A stretch of DNA of 64,000 nucleotides. It comes from Myxococcales bacterium (GTDB lineage: Bacteria; Myxococcota_A; Polyangia; Polyangiales; DASUME01). Every line of letters begins with the position of its first letter. Within the stretch, counting starts at the first letter, position 1. Below the pieces are notes generated by a model. That model was not told the origin of the DNA and searched no databases. It saw only the letters and a list, made by a program, of their open reading frames with translations. Positions 1 through 9,943 of this stretch are shown piece by piece. Location of the stretch: contig JASGJH010000001.1 of the NCBI GenBank assembly GCA_047601445.1, positions 2,880,001-2,944,000 on the forward strand, in the 5' to 3' direction. A program made the translations under genes and the position numbers.

Positions 1-1225
1 ACACGTTGACCTGGAGGCTACCTTTCCCCGGAAAGTCCACCGAGATAATCGCTCGCTGGAAGTGTTCCTGCTCGACGTCGAGACTGACCGTGGCCCAGCT
101 CTCGAGCCATGCATCGCTCAAGCCACCCGTGATCTTGCGATGGGTGGCTTCCAACGTGTCTTTGAATCGCTCGACTCGGCTTGAAAACGGCTCTTCATGG
201 CCCGCGGCGCCAGCGGGCGATCGCCCTACGACTCGCCGCGGGAGCCCTCCCACCACACTCCACGCCGACTCACCCGTTGGGTCCACGTTGTCGATAGGAT
301 TGTTGAGCACGTACTGATAGCCGCTAGCGCACTCGAAGGGCTGGGCCAGGCACGCGCGACTGTCGGTGAGAAACAGCGGGTCCGGCGTCGCCCAGCGGCC
401 GATGCGGGGGTCCAGCTCACGATGTTGAAAATGAACCAGGTCGGTCGTCGGATCGTGACGTTGGCCAGTAAAGCCATAAGCGTCCACGCTTCCCTGGCAC
501 TGGCGTACTCCGCCGCTCGCGTAACACGCGCACTGCCCGAGCACTCGTGCGTTCGCTTCCGTGGCGAGCGCCGAACTGCCCAGGGCGTCGTGGTGCAGAA
601 ACGCGATGCTCGCGGTGTACTCGAGCAAGAAGCGTCGCGCGCTGGCGTAGAGATGGCGCGCCGGATCCCGACGCGTGTTGCTGATGAGCCACGCATCCCC
701 GACGTCGATGCGCGCATCTGGCTTGGCTCTCGGCGCGAGGTCCTCGACGATCGCCGCCTGCTGCGAGCTGTGGCTCGTCCGTGCGACGCGTGCCCCCGCC
801 ACTCGAGAATAGGTCACAGCGATGCCATCTCGCACCTCGAAGCTTGGCCCGATGAAATAGGTCACACTGCCGTCATGCTCCTCGATCACGCGGTCGATGG
901 TATCGGCGTAAAGGTAGTGCCTGGCGTGAAGGCCGGAAACAGCCGAGGACAGGCGACCTTGAGCGTCCCAGGAAAGCCGCGCGTCACCGCCTGTCGCCTC
1001 CGCTCCCCCGTCGTGCGTCTCGAGCACACGGTCGACGGCGTCAGCGTAGAAGTCGTTGCCGGCGTGAGTGGCGGAGGAGGCTGCAGCCAGGTGGCCGCGG
1101 TGGTCCCAGAAGAGCAGCGCCTTGGCGTGCTCCGGGCTGGCGTCCTTCGTTTGGGCACGGGTCGGAGTCCCCCATCCCAACACAGCAACCTCTAGCACTA
1201 CCAAGAAAAGGACCACGTGCTGCAT
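1..1225 (-). CDS. Short Rhs-repeat-associated core protein with putative signal peptide; 3' end runs off the window
   Basis: Not in the ORF track. Hand translation from ATG 1225 has no stop to base 1: MQHVVLFLVVLEVAVLGWGTPTRAQ...HHDALGSS...YGFTGQRHDPTTDLVHFQHRELDPRIGRWATPDP...YQYVLNNPIDNVDPTG, then a variable C-terminal domain. Confidence 0.88.
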   Translation of the reverse strand, partial: MQHVVLFLVVLEVAVLGWGTPTRAQTKDASPEHAKALLFWDHRGHLAAASSATHAGNDFYADAVDRVLETHDGGAEATGGDARLSWDAQGRLSSAVSGLHARHYLYADTIDRVIEEHDGSVTYFIGPSFEVRDGIAVTYSRVAGARVARTSHSSQQAAIVEDLAPRAKPDARIDVGDAWLISNTRRDPARHLYASARRFLLEYTASIAFLHHDALGSSALATEANARVLGQCACYASGGVRQCQGSVDAYGFTGQRHDPTTDLVHFQHRELDPRIGRWATPDPLFLTDSRACLAQPFECASGYQYVLNNPIDNVDPTGESAWSVVGGLPRRVVGRSPAGAAGHEEPFSSRVERFKDTLEATHRKITGGLSDAWLESWATVSLDVEQEHFQRAIISVDFPGKGSLQVNV

Positions 1226-1617
1226 GGCACTCGCTTCCAGGCACCGCGGCGGCTCAGCCCGCTCCGGCTCCTCGCTCCACATCGGGGAGGCAGCGGCTCC
1301 TTCGGTCACGCAAATGTGGCAGCCGATGACCACGCCCGGTAGCTGGACACGTGTGCTAGGTCATGCGCCGACGCGGTCTATCCGGGGGGATGACGAACTC
1401 GCGCTCTCGCATACCTAGTGCACCGTCCAACTACCGACGGCCCCGGTCATCCGTCTCGACAGGTTCGCAAGTCAGATTTTTACGGCCGCCGGTCTGGATC
1501 AAGCCTTTAGGGGGCCATGGCACAAACCAACTCGGGCGGTGAGGCCCCTCCCAGAGGAGCAGCGGGACCTGCTCGTTAGAGGACGCCCGCACGGGCAGCA
1601 CGCAGCGGGTCAGTGAC

Positions 1618-4110
1618 TCACGAACGTTGCGCAGAGGAGCTTCGCGACTCGGGAGCCGCGAGGATCCGCTGCACAGCAGCAATTAGCGCGTCGGGCGCAA
1701 CGGGTTTGGTCAGAAGCGGCGGCAATCCTCCGGCGCTCGCTTCCGCCTCGGCGCTGGCGCCGTCCGCGGAGAGGCTCCCGCCATCCAGGTAGATGACCCG
1801 CAGATGGGGCGAGTGATCGCGCAGCGCAACCACCAGCTGCGCGCCGGTCATCTCTCGGAGCGAGCGCTCGGTGATCAACAGGTCGAACGGTCGCTTGCGC
1901 TGCTTCGCGGCGACGAGGGCTGCGTCGGCGCCATCGGCCGCGATCACGTGGAAGCCCATTTCGTTCAGGAGTTCACGCACCAACAGGCGCGATACCTCTT
2001 CGTCGTCGCAGACCAAAACCGTGAGACCCGAGGTATCCGAGCTGCCCTGGGTGCTGGCGTTCGCTGCACGCACGCTCTCTCGCAGCCGGTAGCCGGGCAG
2101 AATGGCGTCGAATACCGTGCCTTCCCGCTCACGCGAGTGCACCCGCACGCTGCCGCCAGCGCGCTTCACGATGGCGTACACGGTCGACAAGCCAATCCCC
2201 GTGCCCTTGCCCTGAGGCTTGGTCGTGAAATAGGGCTCGAAGATCCGATCGCGCAACGCGGCGGGAATGCCCTCGCCATTGTCGCGCACGCGTAGCCGCA
2301 CAGCCCCTCCGCCAGTGACGTCGGCGTCGCCTGAGAGCTCTGCCGGTGCCGCATCGAGGTTGGAGAGCTCGATCGTGATGCTGCCCCCGGACGGCATGGC
2401 GTCTCGCGCGTTGATCACCAGGTTCATCACGAGCTGTTCGAACTGCCCAGGCTCGAGCCGTACCCCGAGCAGATCGGGGTGGGTTTCCACATGGAGGGCG
2501 ATTTCGGTCGGCAGGAGCCGCCGCAGCAGGCGCGCCAGGGTCTCCAGCTCCGCCGCGAGGTCGATCAGGCGAGCCGCCCCCCGCGCGTCGCGCCCGAAGT
2601 CGAGTAAGTGCCTCGTCATGCGGCCGGCGCTGCCCACCGCCACCTCGATGACCTCGAGGCGTTCGCGCGCGCCCCCGACGTCCGGGGGGTCGGCGGCGAG
2701 GCGATACTTGACGGCCTCGACTCCGTAGGCGATGGCCGCGAGCATGTTGTTGAAGTCGTGGGCAATGCCGCTCGCCATGGCGCCGAGCGCGCTCATGCGT
2801 TCGGCGTGAGCCAACTGGGTCGGCTCGGGGACCGAGGCTTGGACCGGACCCGCCCGCTCAACGGATCTCGTTGGGTCCCCAGCGGTCGTTTTCCAACGCC
2901 ACAGCGGGACGCAGGCGAGCACGAGCAACAGCGCGAAAGCCAGGCCGAACCACACGCGTAGGCTCGCACGTTCGGGCGGAGCCAGCTCGCCCGTCGGTGC
3001 CGCGGTGCCCAGCCACAGACGACGCCCCGGATAGAGGTCGACGGCCGTCAAACCGATCCACCAGTCCTGCCCTGCTACCTGCGCAGGGACCACCAGCGTC
3101 GATCGGTCCACGCGCGCGCGCCACAGCTCGACCATCGACCTCAGCGCCGGCTGCTCGAGGGCGTCGAGCTTGAGGAAGCCGGCTGCCTCTTTCATGTCCT
3201 CGGTCGCACCAGCGGGCAGCCCCAGCACCCTGCCGTCATCGAGGAATGCCACGCTCTGTGCACCCTCCACGGGCCCAAGTTTCTGCGTGATTCGAGTCAG
3301 CTCGCGCAGCTCGAAATCGTAGGCGATCACGGCTTCCACGCCCTCGGGGGTCGTGGCGGCAACGGCCGCGGTGAAGGCGGGCCGACGACTGATGAAGTGC
3401 AGGTCCACGTCGGTCCAGTGAACGGGCGCGTCGTGTTCCCGCGCTGCTGGCGTAGCGGTCCAATTGGCGCGGCTCGCCCGGGCTCCCAGGTGCCAGCTTC
3501 GCAACCTTGGATCGTAGATGCGATCGCTTGGAGCACCACTCGCCCCCCCAAAGCGCAGCGCTGCGTCGGTCCAGAGCTCGTGGCGGCGCCAGCTGGCGAG
3601 CTGCGTGACTCCGTCGGCGGCGATCGCCTGCCAGCGAGATTCGGGGCCCCATTCGTCGCGGCGGAAATCGCGTAGCAACCAGGGACTGCTCGCGCTGTCC
3701 TCGTCGACAACCATGCCCGACGAGTTGCGCAGCAGCATGAACTCGTAGCCGGTCATGTCCGAGACCATCAAGGAGGCGCACTGGGGTAGCTCGACTAGAG
3801 TCGGAAGAAAGAGTTCGCTCAGCGCATGCGAATCGCGCAATTCGATCTTGCCCAGGCGCACCCAACCGCGCGCTACCCGCAGTTGACGCATGATGGGTTC
3901 GATCAGCTCATGGAGATCTCGCTCGGCCTGTTGGTGGGTGCGCGTGATCTGGGCTTGGGCATCCGTTCGGGCCGTGCCATCTCGCGCGGAAAGTCCGGAC
4001 GTTCCGAAATCGCACCCCTGCGCCAGCCCGAGCAGGACGAGCGCGAAGACGCCCGCGCGGGCGTAGGCACACGACCACTTCAGCGAAGGCTGGGGAGGAG
4101 AGAACGTCAC
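1618..4110 (-). CDS. Hybrid sensor histidine kinase: Cache-like periplasmic domain, HisKA, HATPase, atypical receiver
   Basis: H-box IAHDFNNML, N-box NLVINARDAM, FEPYFTTK and GTGIGL, receiver VLVCDDE...TKP, Cache-like YDPRLRSWH. The track ORF 5' part overlaps the upstream gene, so GTG 4110 is the likely start. Confidence 0.88.
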   Translation of the reverse strand: MTFSPPQPSLKWSCAYARAGVFALVLLGLAQGCDFGTSGLSARDGTARTDAQAQITRTHQQAERDLHELIEPIMRQLRVARGWVRLGKIELRDSHALSELFLPTLVELPQCASLMVSDMTGYEFMLLRNSSGMVVDEDSASSPWLLRDFRRDEWGPESRWQAIAADGVTQLASWRRHELWTDAALRFGGASGAPSDRIYDPRLRSWHLGARASRANWTATPAAREHDAPVHWTDVDLHFISRRPAFTAAVAATTPEGVEAVIAYDFELRELTRITQKLGPVEGAQSVAFLDDGRVLGLPAGATEDMKEAAGFLKLDALEQPALRSMVELWRARVDRSTLVVPAQVAGQDWWIGLTAVDLYPGRRLWLGTAAPTGELAPPERASLRVWFGLAFALLLVLACVPLWRWKTTAGDPTRSVERAGPVQASVPEPTQLAHAERMSALGAMASGIAHDFNNMLAAIAYGVEAVKYRLAADPPDVGGARERLEVIEVAVGSAGRMTRHLLDFGRDARGAARLIDLAAELETLARLLRRLLPTEIALHVETHPDLLGVRLEPGQFEQLVMNLVINARDAMPSGGSITIELSNLDAAPAELSGDADVTGGGAVRLRVRDNGEGIPAALRDRIFEPYFTTKPQGKGTGIGLSTVYAIVKRAGGSVRVHSREREGTVFDAILPGYRLRESVRAANASTQGSSDTSGLTVLVCDDEEVSRLLVRELLNEMGFHVIAADGADAALVAAKQRKRPFDLLITERSLREMTGAQLVVALRDHSPHLRVIYLDGGSLSADGASAEAEASAGGLPPLLTKPVAPDALIAAVQRILAAPESRSSSAQRS

Positions 4111-4145
4111 CTCGAGCTCCGTCGCAAGCGTCGTGCTCGTCGATC

Positions 4146-6683
4146 TCACGCGACCTCGCCTCTCTGCTTCGAGGGGGTGCCTCGAAAGGAAAAGGCCGCG
4201 ACCAGCACGGCCACAAAGAGCGTGCCCAGGATGGCGACGGCCCAACCCGCGAGCCTGGCGATCTGCGCGTCGAGGCGCTTGCCTAGCTCTTCCGCAGTCG
4301 CGGCGCTCGCGCGACGGATGTGCTCGGCCTCCACGAACACGCACAGCACCAAGTCCGAGCCCTCGATGGGCGCGTACGCAAGGGTGCCCTGCTCGCCTTT
4401 CCAGCGGGTTTCGAGCACGCCAGCGACACCGCGCGCCAAGTCGGCCCGCATTTGCTGGCCACCCCGTCCACCGGGCAATGCAGCCTGGTCCAGCGGGACG
4501 TCGAACCGCCACAACTCGTCGGGCGAGCCTCGGTTGCTGTACTCGCGGCGGGCGACGATACGGACCAAGTCGGCGCTGTCTTCGTTGGGGGCGACCACCA
4601 GCACCTCGGCGAAATTCTCGAGGTCCTTCGGCAGGGCGGTGATGGCCAGTCGCGCTGCCAGCAAGGTGTCGACGCCGGCGACTCCAAGCAGTTTTCCCTG
4701 CTCGTCGTGCAGCGGCAGCACCGTGGAGATGACGGTGTCGCGGATGGTGTGATCCGTGTAAGGCGGCGTATGAACGACCCCGCCCGCCCGCAGCGCCTCC
4801 TGGTACCACGGCCGGCGCAACGGATCGAAATTGGGCGAGACTCCGCCCGCGCCGGGGTACAGCATCAACACGTGCCCCTCTTCGATACCCGCGAAGTAGC
4901 GCGCGACGAGCGCGCTCTGACGCGCGTGAAGCGCGTGGGTGGCGTCCTGGGCGCGGGTCAGCCGTGCCAGCACCGGCGGCGCGGCCGCTGCGTAGGAGCT
5001 CGGGAAGAAGAAGGAGGGCGCGTCATAGTGCAGCCGGCGGTCGGCAGGCAGATCGATCGAGAGCACGGGTTCGGCCACATCGGCCGGGGGAGGTCGAAGC
5101 AGCGCCTCGCGCACCTCGCGCGCGTACTGGGCAGCGATCAATTCCACCGCGCGGCGCCGCTCCGACATGAGCTGAGAGGAGCCCGCCACGATGCGCCGCA
5201 GTTCGTGTTGAAGTTGCGTGTAGAGGGCCAGGTGGGTGCGGCGCCGCTCGTACTCGACGGCGCGCCGAGCCAAATGCAGCGAAAGCGCACCGCTGGCCAC
5301 GAGGACCAGCGCGACCAGCGTCGAAACGTAGAAGGCGCCCCGAAAGCGTGCGGCCTCGCGGCGCTTCCTGAGGGTCTTGGCTTGCCTGTGGTCGATCTCC
5401 GCTCGCAGGGCTTGCAGCGCTTCGCTCCCCTCGCCGACCAGCTGCGTCCGCGCGAGATCGAAGTCACCCCCCTCGAGCGCCTCGCTGGCGAGCAGTAGGC
5501 GAGCCTCGCCCAGGCCCTCGGACGCTTCCGGGTTGCGCGGCCAGAGCTGGACCGCGCGATGAAAGCCGCCGATGACGTCAAAGAGGGCGGCGTAGGTCTC
5601 CGCCCGGCTCGACTCGTTCCGCTCCCCTTGGCTTCGGGCGCGCACCTCGCGCAGCTCCTCGCGTGCGCGGTGCGAGAGCCTCGTGCTTTGCTCGTGGCGC
5701 AAGTAGGCTTCGATGCCTGCCTTGAACTCCTGCACGCTGCCGTGCCGCTGCTCTGGATCCTGAGCCATGGCTCTCTCGCACATGCGCACCAGCTCGGTGG
5801 GTGTCTCGGGCGGAAGGGCTGGCCGGAGTCCGCAGCGGGCTCGCTCGATCGTATCGATGCGATCGGCCCCAGCGTACGGGGGGGCTTTGGCGAGCAGGTG
5901 ATACAGCACGGCGCCCAGCAGAAAGACATCGGTCCGGTAGGAGATTGGGGTCCCGTCGGCGCCCGCCATCTCCGGGGCCATGTAGGCCGGGGTGCCCTCA
6001 GCGACGCGTACATCTCGGCGGTGCGGAATACGCAAGGAGCGGGCGACCGCGTCTTCGAGTGCCAACGCGAGCCCCCAGTCCATCAGCCAGACCTCGCCGA
6101 AGCGGCCGAGCATGACATTCGCGGGCTTGATGTCCCGATGGACCACGCCCCGCGCATGTGCGAACGCCACAGCGTTGCAGACCGCAAGGAGGACCTCGAG
6201 GTGCTTGTGCATCGGAAACAATCCGTGCACGTCGTTGCCGATATCGTCGAGCCAACGACGCCCACGCACGCGCTTCATGATGATCTGAATCTGCTCGCCT
6301 ACGGCCTCCAGCGCGTACACGGGCACGATGTTGGGATGATCGAGGTGACCGGTGATGCGCGCCTCTGCCAGGAAGGCCGTGCGTGCGCCTGGTGCGCTGG
6401 TGCGCTCTGGTAGCAGCTCCTTGACCGCCACCTCGCGGGCCAGACGGCGCTGATAGCCGCTACGCACGAGTCCCATACCGCCTCGGCCGAGCACGGCGCC
6501 CAGTTCGACCTGGGCGGGACCGAGCGCCGCCTCGGTCTGGGACGCTGCGTCCTCACAAGCCAGAAGCGCCCGCCACGTGACCAGCGAGCGCAAGGAGCGC
6601 TCGTTCGCCCGCTCATTCAGAGGTTCAGTCGTCTGCTCGCATGGAGGCTTCTCCAAGCGCTGTTCAAGCCCCTCGCTGCCCAT
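4146..6683 (-). CDS. Membrane Ser/Thr protein kinase with periplasmic dCache sensor
   Basis: LGRGGMG, VAVK, HRDIKPAN, DWG, GTPAYMAPE; TM; FDPLRRPWY...PPY...GVAGVD; second TM at the C-terminus. Start uncertain. Confidence 0.9.
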   Translation of the reverse strand: MGSEGLEQRLEKPPCEQTTEPLNERANERSLRSLVTWRALLACEDAASQTEAALGPAQVELGAVLGRGGMGLVRSGYQRRLAREVAVKELLPERTSAPGARTAFLAEARITGHLDHPNIVPVYALEAVGEQIQIIMKRVRGRRWLDDIGNDVHGLFPMHKHLEVLLAVCNAVAFAHARGVVHRDIKPANVMLGRFGEVWLMDWGLALALEDAVARSLRIPHRRDVRVAEGTPAYMAPEMAGADGTPISYRTDVFLLGAVLYHLLAKAPPYAGADRIDTIERARCGLRPALPPETPTELVRMCERAMAQDPEQRHGSVQEFKAGIEAYLRHEQSTRLSHRAREELREVRARSQGERNESSRAETYAALFDVIGGFHRAVQLWPRNPEASEGLGEARLLLASEALEGGDFDLARTQLVGEGSEALQALRAEIDHRQAKTLRKRREAARFRGAFYVSTLVALVLVASGALSLHLARRAVEYERRRTHLALYTQLQHELRRIVAGSSQLMSERRRAVELIAAQYAREVREALLRPPPADVAEPVLSIDLPADRRLHYDAPSFFFPSSYAAAAPPVLARLTRAQDATHALHARQSALVARYFAGIEEGHVLMLYPGAGGVSPNFDPLRRPWYQEALRAGGVVHTPPYTDHTIRDTVISTVLPLHDEQGKLLGVAGVDTLLAARLAITALPKDLENFAEVLVVAPNEDSADLVRIVARREYSNRGSPDELWRFDVPLDQAALPGGRGGQQMRADLARGVAGVLETRWKGEQGTLAYAPIEGSDLVLCVFVEAEHIRRASAATAEELGKRLDAQIARLAGWAVAILGTLFVAVLVAAFSFRGTPSKQRGEVA

Positions 6684-6904
6684 GCGCTCGGGATGCTGCA
6701 CGAGTTGCTTCACGAGAACACACGCTATCACGCACGACGGTTGATCAGACTCAGATGGAAGTCCTAGCCGCCCCCTACACCAACGGCCACAGCCTCAAAC
6801 ATTTGAGCTAGTACGACCATACGACGAACCAAGGGCGTGCGTAGGCGTGCGGCGGAAACGTCTTGCTCGGAGGCCGAAAGCGTCCAGGTTGTGTTGTTGG
6901 CTCG

Positions 6905-8314
6905 ATGATGAGGAGTGCGAACGGCAATCGAGGCGAAGGCTCGCGTGACGCGCTGAGTGGAGTCACGTCGCCTCCAGGGTGGAACCGAACCTGGTTCGGG
7001 GTGCCGAAGGCGTTGCGGGCGCTGCAGACGTACGGCGTCGAGCAGGCCGCCGAGCAGGGCCTCGGCAAGCAGATCTTGATGACCAACAGCCTTACCCTGG
7101 TAGGGGCCGCCCTCTATCTCTCGGGGCTCGTGTACCTGCTCGGGCCGGCACCCTGGATCCTCTATCTCGACCTGTTCGCCTTGCTGGCTCATCTGCTCTT
7201 GCCGTTCCTCAACCGCTGGAGGCTCTTTTTCACCTCACGGGTCACTCTCGTGCTGCTGGCCAACGGCGTCATGAGCGTGGCCGCCGCAGCCGAGGGCCCC
7301 GGGAGTGGCATTCAGTACTTGCTGTTTCCCCTGGCCCCCCTCCCCCTCGTGCTCTTCACGCTCGATTCACGGCGTGAGATCGCGGCGATGGTCTCCTGCG
7401 TTGCGATGAGCGTGGCCGCCTTCTTCGCGCTCGACCTGATCAACGACCGCGGGCTCATGCCGGATGCGATGCGCCTCGCCACGTCGCGCGTGATGTACGT
7501 CGACAGCGTGTTCTCGACCTTCGTCGTCTCGCTCTCCGTCACCTTCTATCTTCTGGTTTCTTACCGGCGCGCCGAGCGACAGCTCGTGGCGCAGCAAGGT
7601 CAGCTGCTCGCGAGCGCCAAGTTGGCGGCGCTCGGTGAGATGGCCGGAGGGGTGGCGCACGAGATCAACAACCCTCTCGGAATCCTCTCGTTGCTGTCCT
7701 CTCGCCTGGCATTGATGGCGCGGAGCGAGCGCTTCGACCGCGCCTCGGCGACCAAGCTATGCACGGAGATCGAAGGCAACCTGGCACGCGTCGCCGGCAT
7801 CGTGAAGAACCTGCAGGCCTTTGCTCGCGATGGTTCGCGAGACCCGCCCGTGTGTGCGGACCTCTCGGAGCTGATCGAAGCAGCGTTGGGATTCTGTCGC
7901 GAGCGCTGCCTGAGCCATGGGGTTGCGCTGAGCATCGCGCCGTTGGATAGGTACGTCGGGATCCAGTGCCGGCCGGGGGACGTCACACAGATCCTGCTCA
8001 ACCTGCTCAACAACGCTCGTGAGGCCGCGGAGAAGCAACCCGGTGGTGAGCGCTGGATCGACCTATCGGTGAGTGACTCGGCCGAGGGCGTCGACGTGAG
8101 GGTGAGCAATGGTGGGCCCCTGCTCCCGCACCATCAGCGTGCCCGGCTCTTCGACCCGTTCTTCACCACGAAACCCGTCGGGCGCGGCACCGGCATGGGG
8201 CTGAGCGTGGCGTTGGGGCTGGCCCAGGCCCACGGCGGCACGCTGCTGCTCGACGAGAGCGCGCCCAACACGTGCTTCGTCCTGCACCTACCTACGCACG
8301 CGGCGCCGCGCTGA
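6905..8314 (+). CDS. Multi-TM sensor histidine kinase (NtrB-like)
   Basis: Several TM helices, VAHEINNPL, NLLNNA, FDPFFTTK, GTGMGL. Start uncertain. Confidence 0.9.
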   Translation: MMRSANGNRGEGSRDALSGVTSPPGWNRTWFGVPKALRALQTYGVEQAAEQGLGKQILMTNSLTLVGAALYLSGLVYLLGPAPWILYLDLFALLAHLLLPFLNRWRLFFTSRVTLVLLANGVMSVAAAAEGPGSGIQYLLFPLAPLPLVLFTLDSRREIAAMVSCVAMSVAAFFALDLINDRGLMPDAMRLATSRVMYVDSVFSTFVVSLSVTFYLLVSYRRAERQLVAQQGQLLASAKLAALGEMAGGVAHEINNPLGILSLLSSRLALMARSERFDRASATKLCTEIEGNLARVAGIVKNLQAFARDGSRDPPVCADLSELIEAALGFCRERCLSHGVALSIAPLDRYVGIQCRPGDVTQILLNLLNNAREAAEKQPGGERWIDLSVSDSAEGVDVRVSNGGPLLPHHQRARLFDPFFTTKPVGRGTGMGLSVALGLAQAHGGTLLLDESAPNTCFVLHLPTHAAPR

Positions 8315-8349
8315 CACGTGGCTCGGCGGGGTCGGCTCGATAGCCGAGT

Positions 8350-9609
8350 TCACGTTTTTTCGTCGTTCTCGCATCCCAGTTGGTCGCGGCGGCGGGTCAG
8401 GTAGACGGTCTCGGCAGTATTGCCTGCCAGCTCGATCGCTTGATCGTACGCAGCGCGTGCCTCCTGACTGCGGCCCAGCCGGCGCAGGAACTCGGCGCGG
8501 GTGACGTGGTAGGCGTGGTAGCCGGCCAATACGTCGCCGAGATTGTCCAACTCCGCAAAAGCCGCCTCTGCCCCGTTGAGCTCGGCCACGGCGATCGTCC
8601 GGTTGAGGGTGACGACTGGCGAAGGGTCGAGCCGGACGAGTTGGTCGTAGAGGGCGAGGATTTGTGACCAGTCAGTCTCTCGCATGCTGCGGGCGCTGGT
8701 GTGCACGGCGTCGATGGCGGCCAGAATTTGGTAGCGACCTGGGGCCACCCCTCGGGCAGCAGCTGCGAGGCGCTCGCGCACCAGACGGTGCCCCTCGGCG
8801 ATCAGCGCGGCGTCCCAGGTCCCACGGTCTTGGTCGCCGAGGGCGACCAGTTCGCCGCTGGCCGACACGCGAGCGGGGCGGCGGGCCTCGGTGAGAAGCA
8901 TGAGGGCCAGAAGGCCGGACACCTCACCGTCGTTCGGAAGTAGCGCGCGGATCAGGCGCGTGAGACGGATGGCCTCGGTGGTCAGGTCGTGACGCAGCGG
9001 ATCGGTGTTGGGGCCTGTCGCCAGGTAGCCCTCGTTGAAGACGAGGAACAACACCGCGAGCACGCCGGACACCCGTGCCGGAAGATCCTCCATCGACGGA
9101 ACCGTGTACGGAATGCGGGCTTCCTTGATCTTTGCCTTCGCGCGGGTGATTCGCCGCTCCATGGCGTTCTCCTGCGCCAGGAACGCACGGGCGATCTCGG
9201 GCACCGTCAGACCGCCGACCATGCGCAGCGTCAATGCCACCCGGGTCTGCATCGCCAGGGCCGGGTGACAGCAAGAGAAGATCAGTCGCAGGCGATCGTC
9301 GTCGATGGCTCCGCGAGGCTCCGGCGGGTCTTCGTCGTCGTATATCATCTGAGCGTGCCTGTGCTTGTCGTCGCGCTTGGTCTCGCGGCGGATCCGGTCA
9401 ATGGCCTTGTGATTGGCGGTGGTGGTTAACCAGGCGCCGGGGTTGGGCGGGACGCCATCGATGGGCCAGCGCTCGACGGCAGTGGCAAAGGCCCCACTGG
9501 CCGCCTCCTCGGCGATGTCGAGGTCAGCGAAGCGTCGGGTCAGGGCGGCGACCACACGGGCCCATTCCTGGTGGTAGGCCTGTGTGATCGCGTCTTGAAT
9601 GCTGGTCAC
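8350..9609 (-). CDS. ECF sigma factor with TPR-like C-terminal extension (ECF42 type)
   Basis: Sigma regions 2 and 4, DDRLRLIFSCCHPAL, FNEGY, long helical extension; overlaps the upstream DGPF gene by 4 nt. Confidence 0.9.
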   Translation of the reverse strand: MTSIQDAITQAYHQEWARVVAALTRRFADLDIAEEAASGAFATAVERWPIDGVPPNPGAWLTTTANHKAIDRIRRETKRDDKHRHAQMIYDDEDPPEPRGAIDDDRLRLIFSCCHPALAMQTRVALTLRMVGGLTVPEIARAFLAQENAMERRITRAKAKIKEARIPYTVPSMEDLPARVSGVLAVLFLVFNEGYLATGPNTDPLRHDLTTEAIRLTRLIRALLPNDGEVSGLLALMLLTEARRPARVSASGELVALGDQDRGTWDAALIAEGHRLVRERLAAAARGVAPGRYQILAAIDAVHTSARSMRETDWSQILALYDQLVRLDPSPVVTLNRTIAVAELNGAEAAFAELDNLGDVLAGYHAYHVTRAEFLRRLGRSQEARAAYDQAIELAGNTAETVYLTRRRDQLGCENDEKT

Positions 9610-9929
9610 ATGAATGGCCGCACCTCGACCTTTCGGTTGCAGGCCTTCGACCCCTCGCCCGCCAGCTTGAGCGCCACGTCCAGTTCCGGGGCCTCGATGA
9701 TCCAGAAGCCAATCAGGTACTCCTTGGACTCCATGAAGGGCCCGTCGGTGATCAGCACCTCATGGCCCCGATTGTCGACGACCGTGGCCGCGCCGGGCGA
9801 GCCGAGTCCGCCGGCGAATACCCAGTAGCCCCCGGTCTGGAGCCGCTCGTTGAAGGCGTCGATTGCAGCGTCCTCTCCCGGCGCGATGACGCTCTGCTGG
9901 TCGTGGATGACAGAAAGCAGGTAGTGCAT
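9606..9929 (-). CDS. YciI/DGPF family protein
   Basis: ITDGPFMESKEYLIGFWII, ends VEVRPF; usual partner of ECF42. Confidence 0.92.
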   Translation of the reverse strand: MHYLLSVIHDQQSVIAPGEDAAIDAFNERLQTGGYWVFAGGLGSPGAATVVDNRGHEVLITDGPFMESKEYLIGFWIIEAPELDVALKLAGEGSKACNRKVEVRPFM

Positions 9930-9943
9930 GGGAAGATCATCTC

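Noticed and set aside
197..1195. 332-aa plus-strand ORF
   Set aside because: Exact antisense of the Rhs-core ORF, with shadow-frame composition.
4111..4809. N-terminal extension making the hybrid kinase 1063 aa
   Set aside because: Arg-rich off-frame read of the upstream kinase gene.
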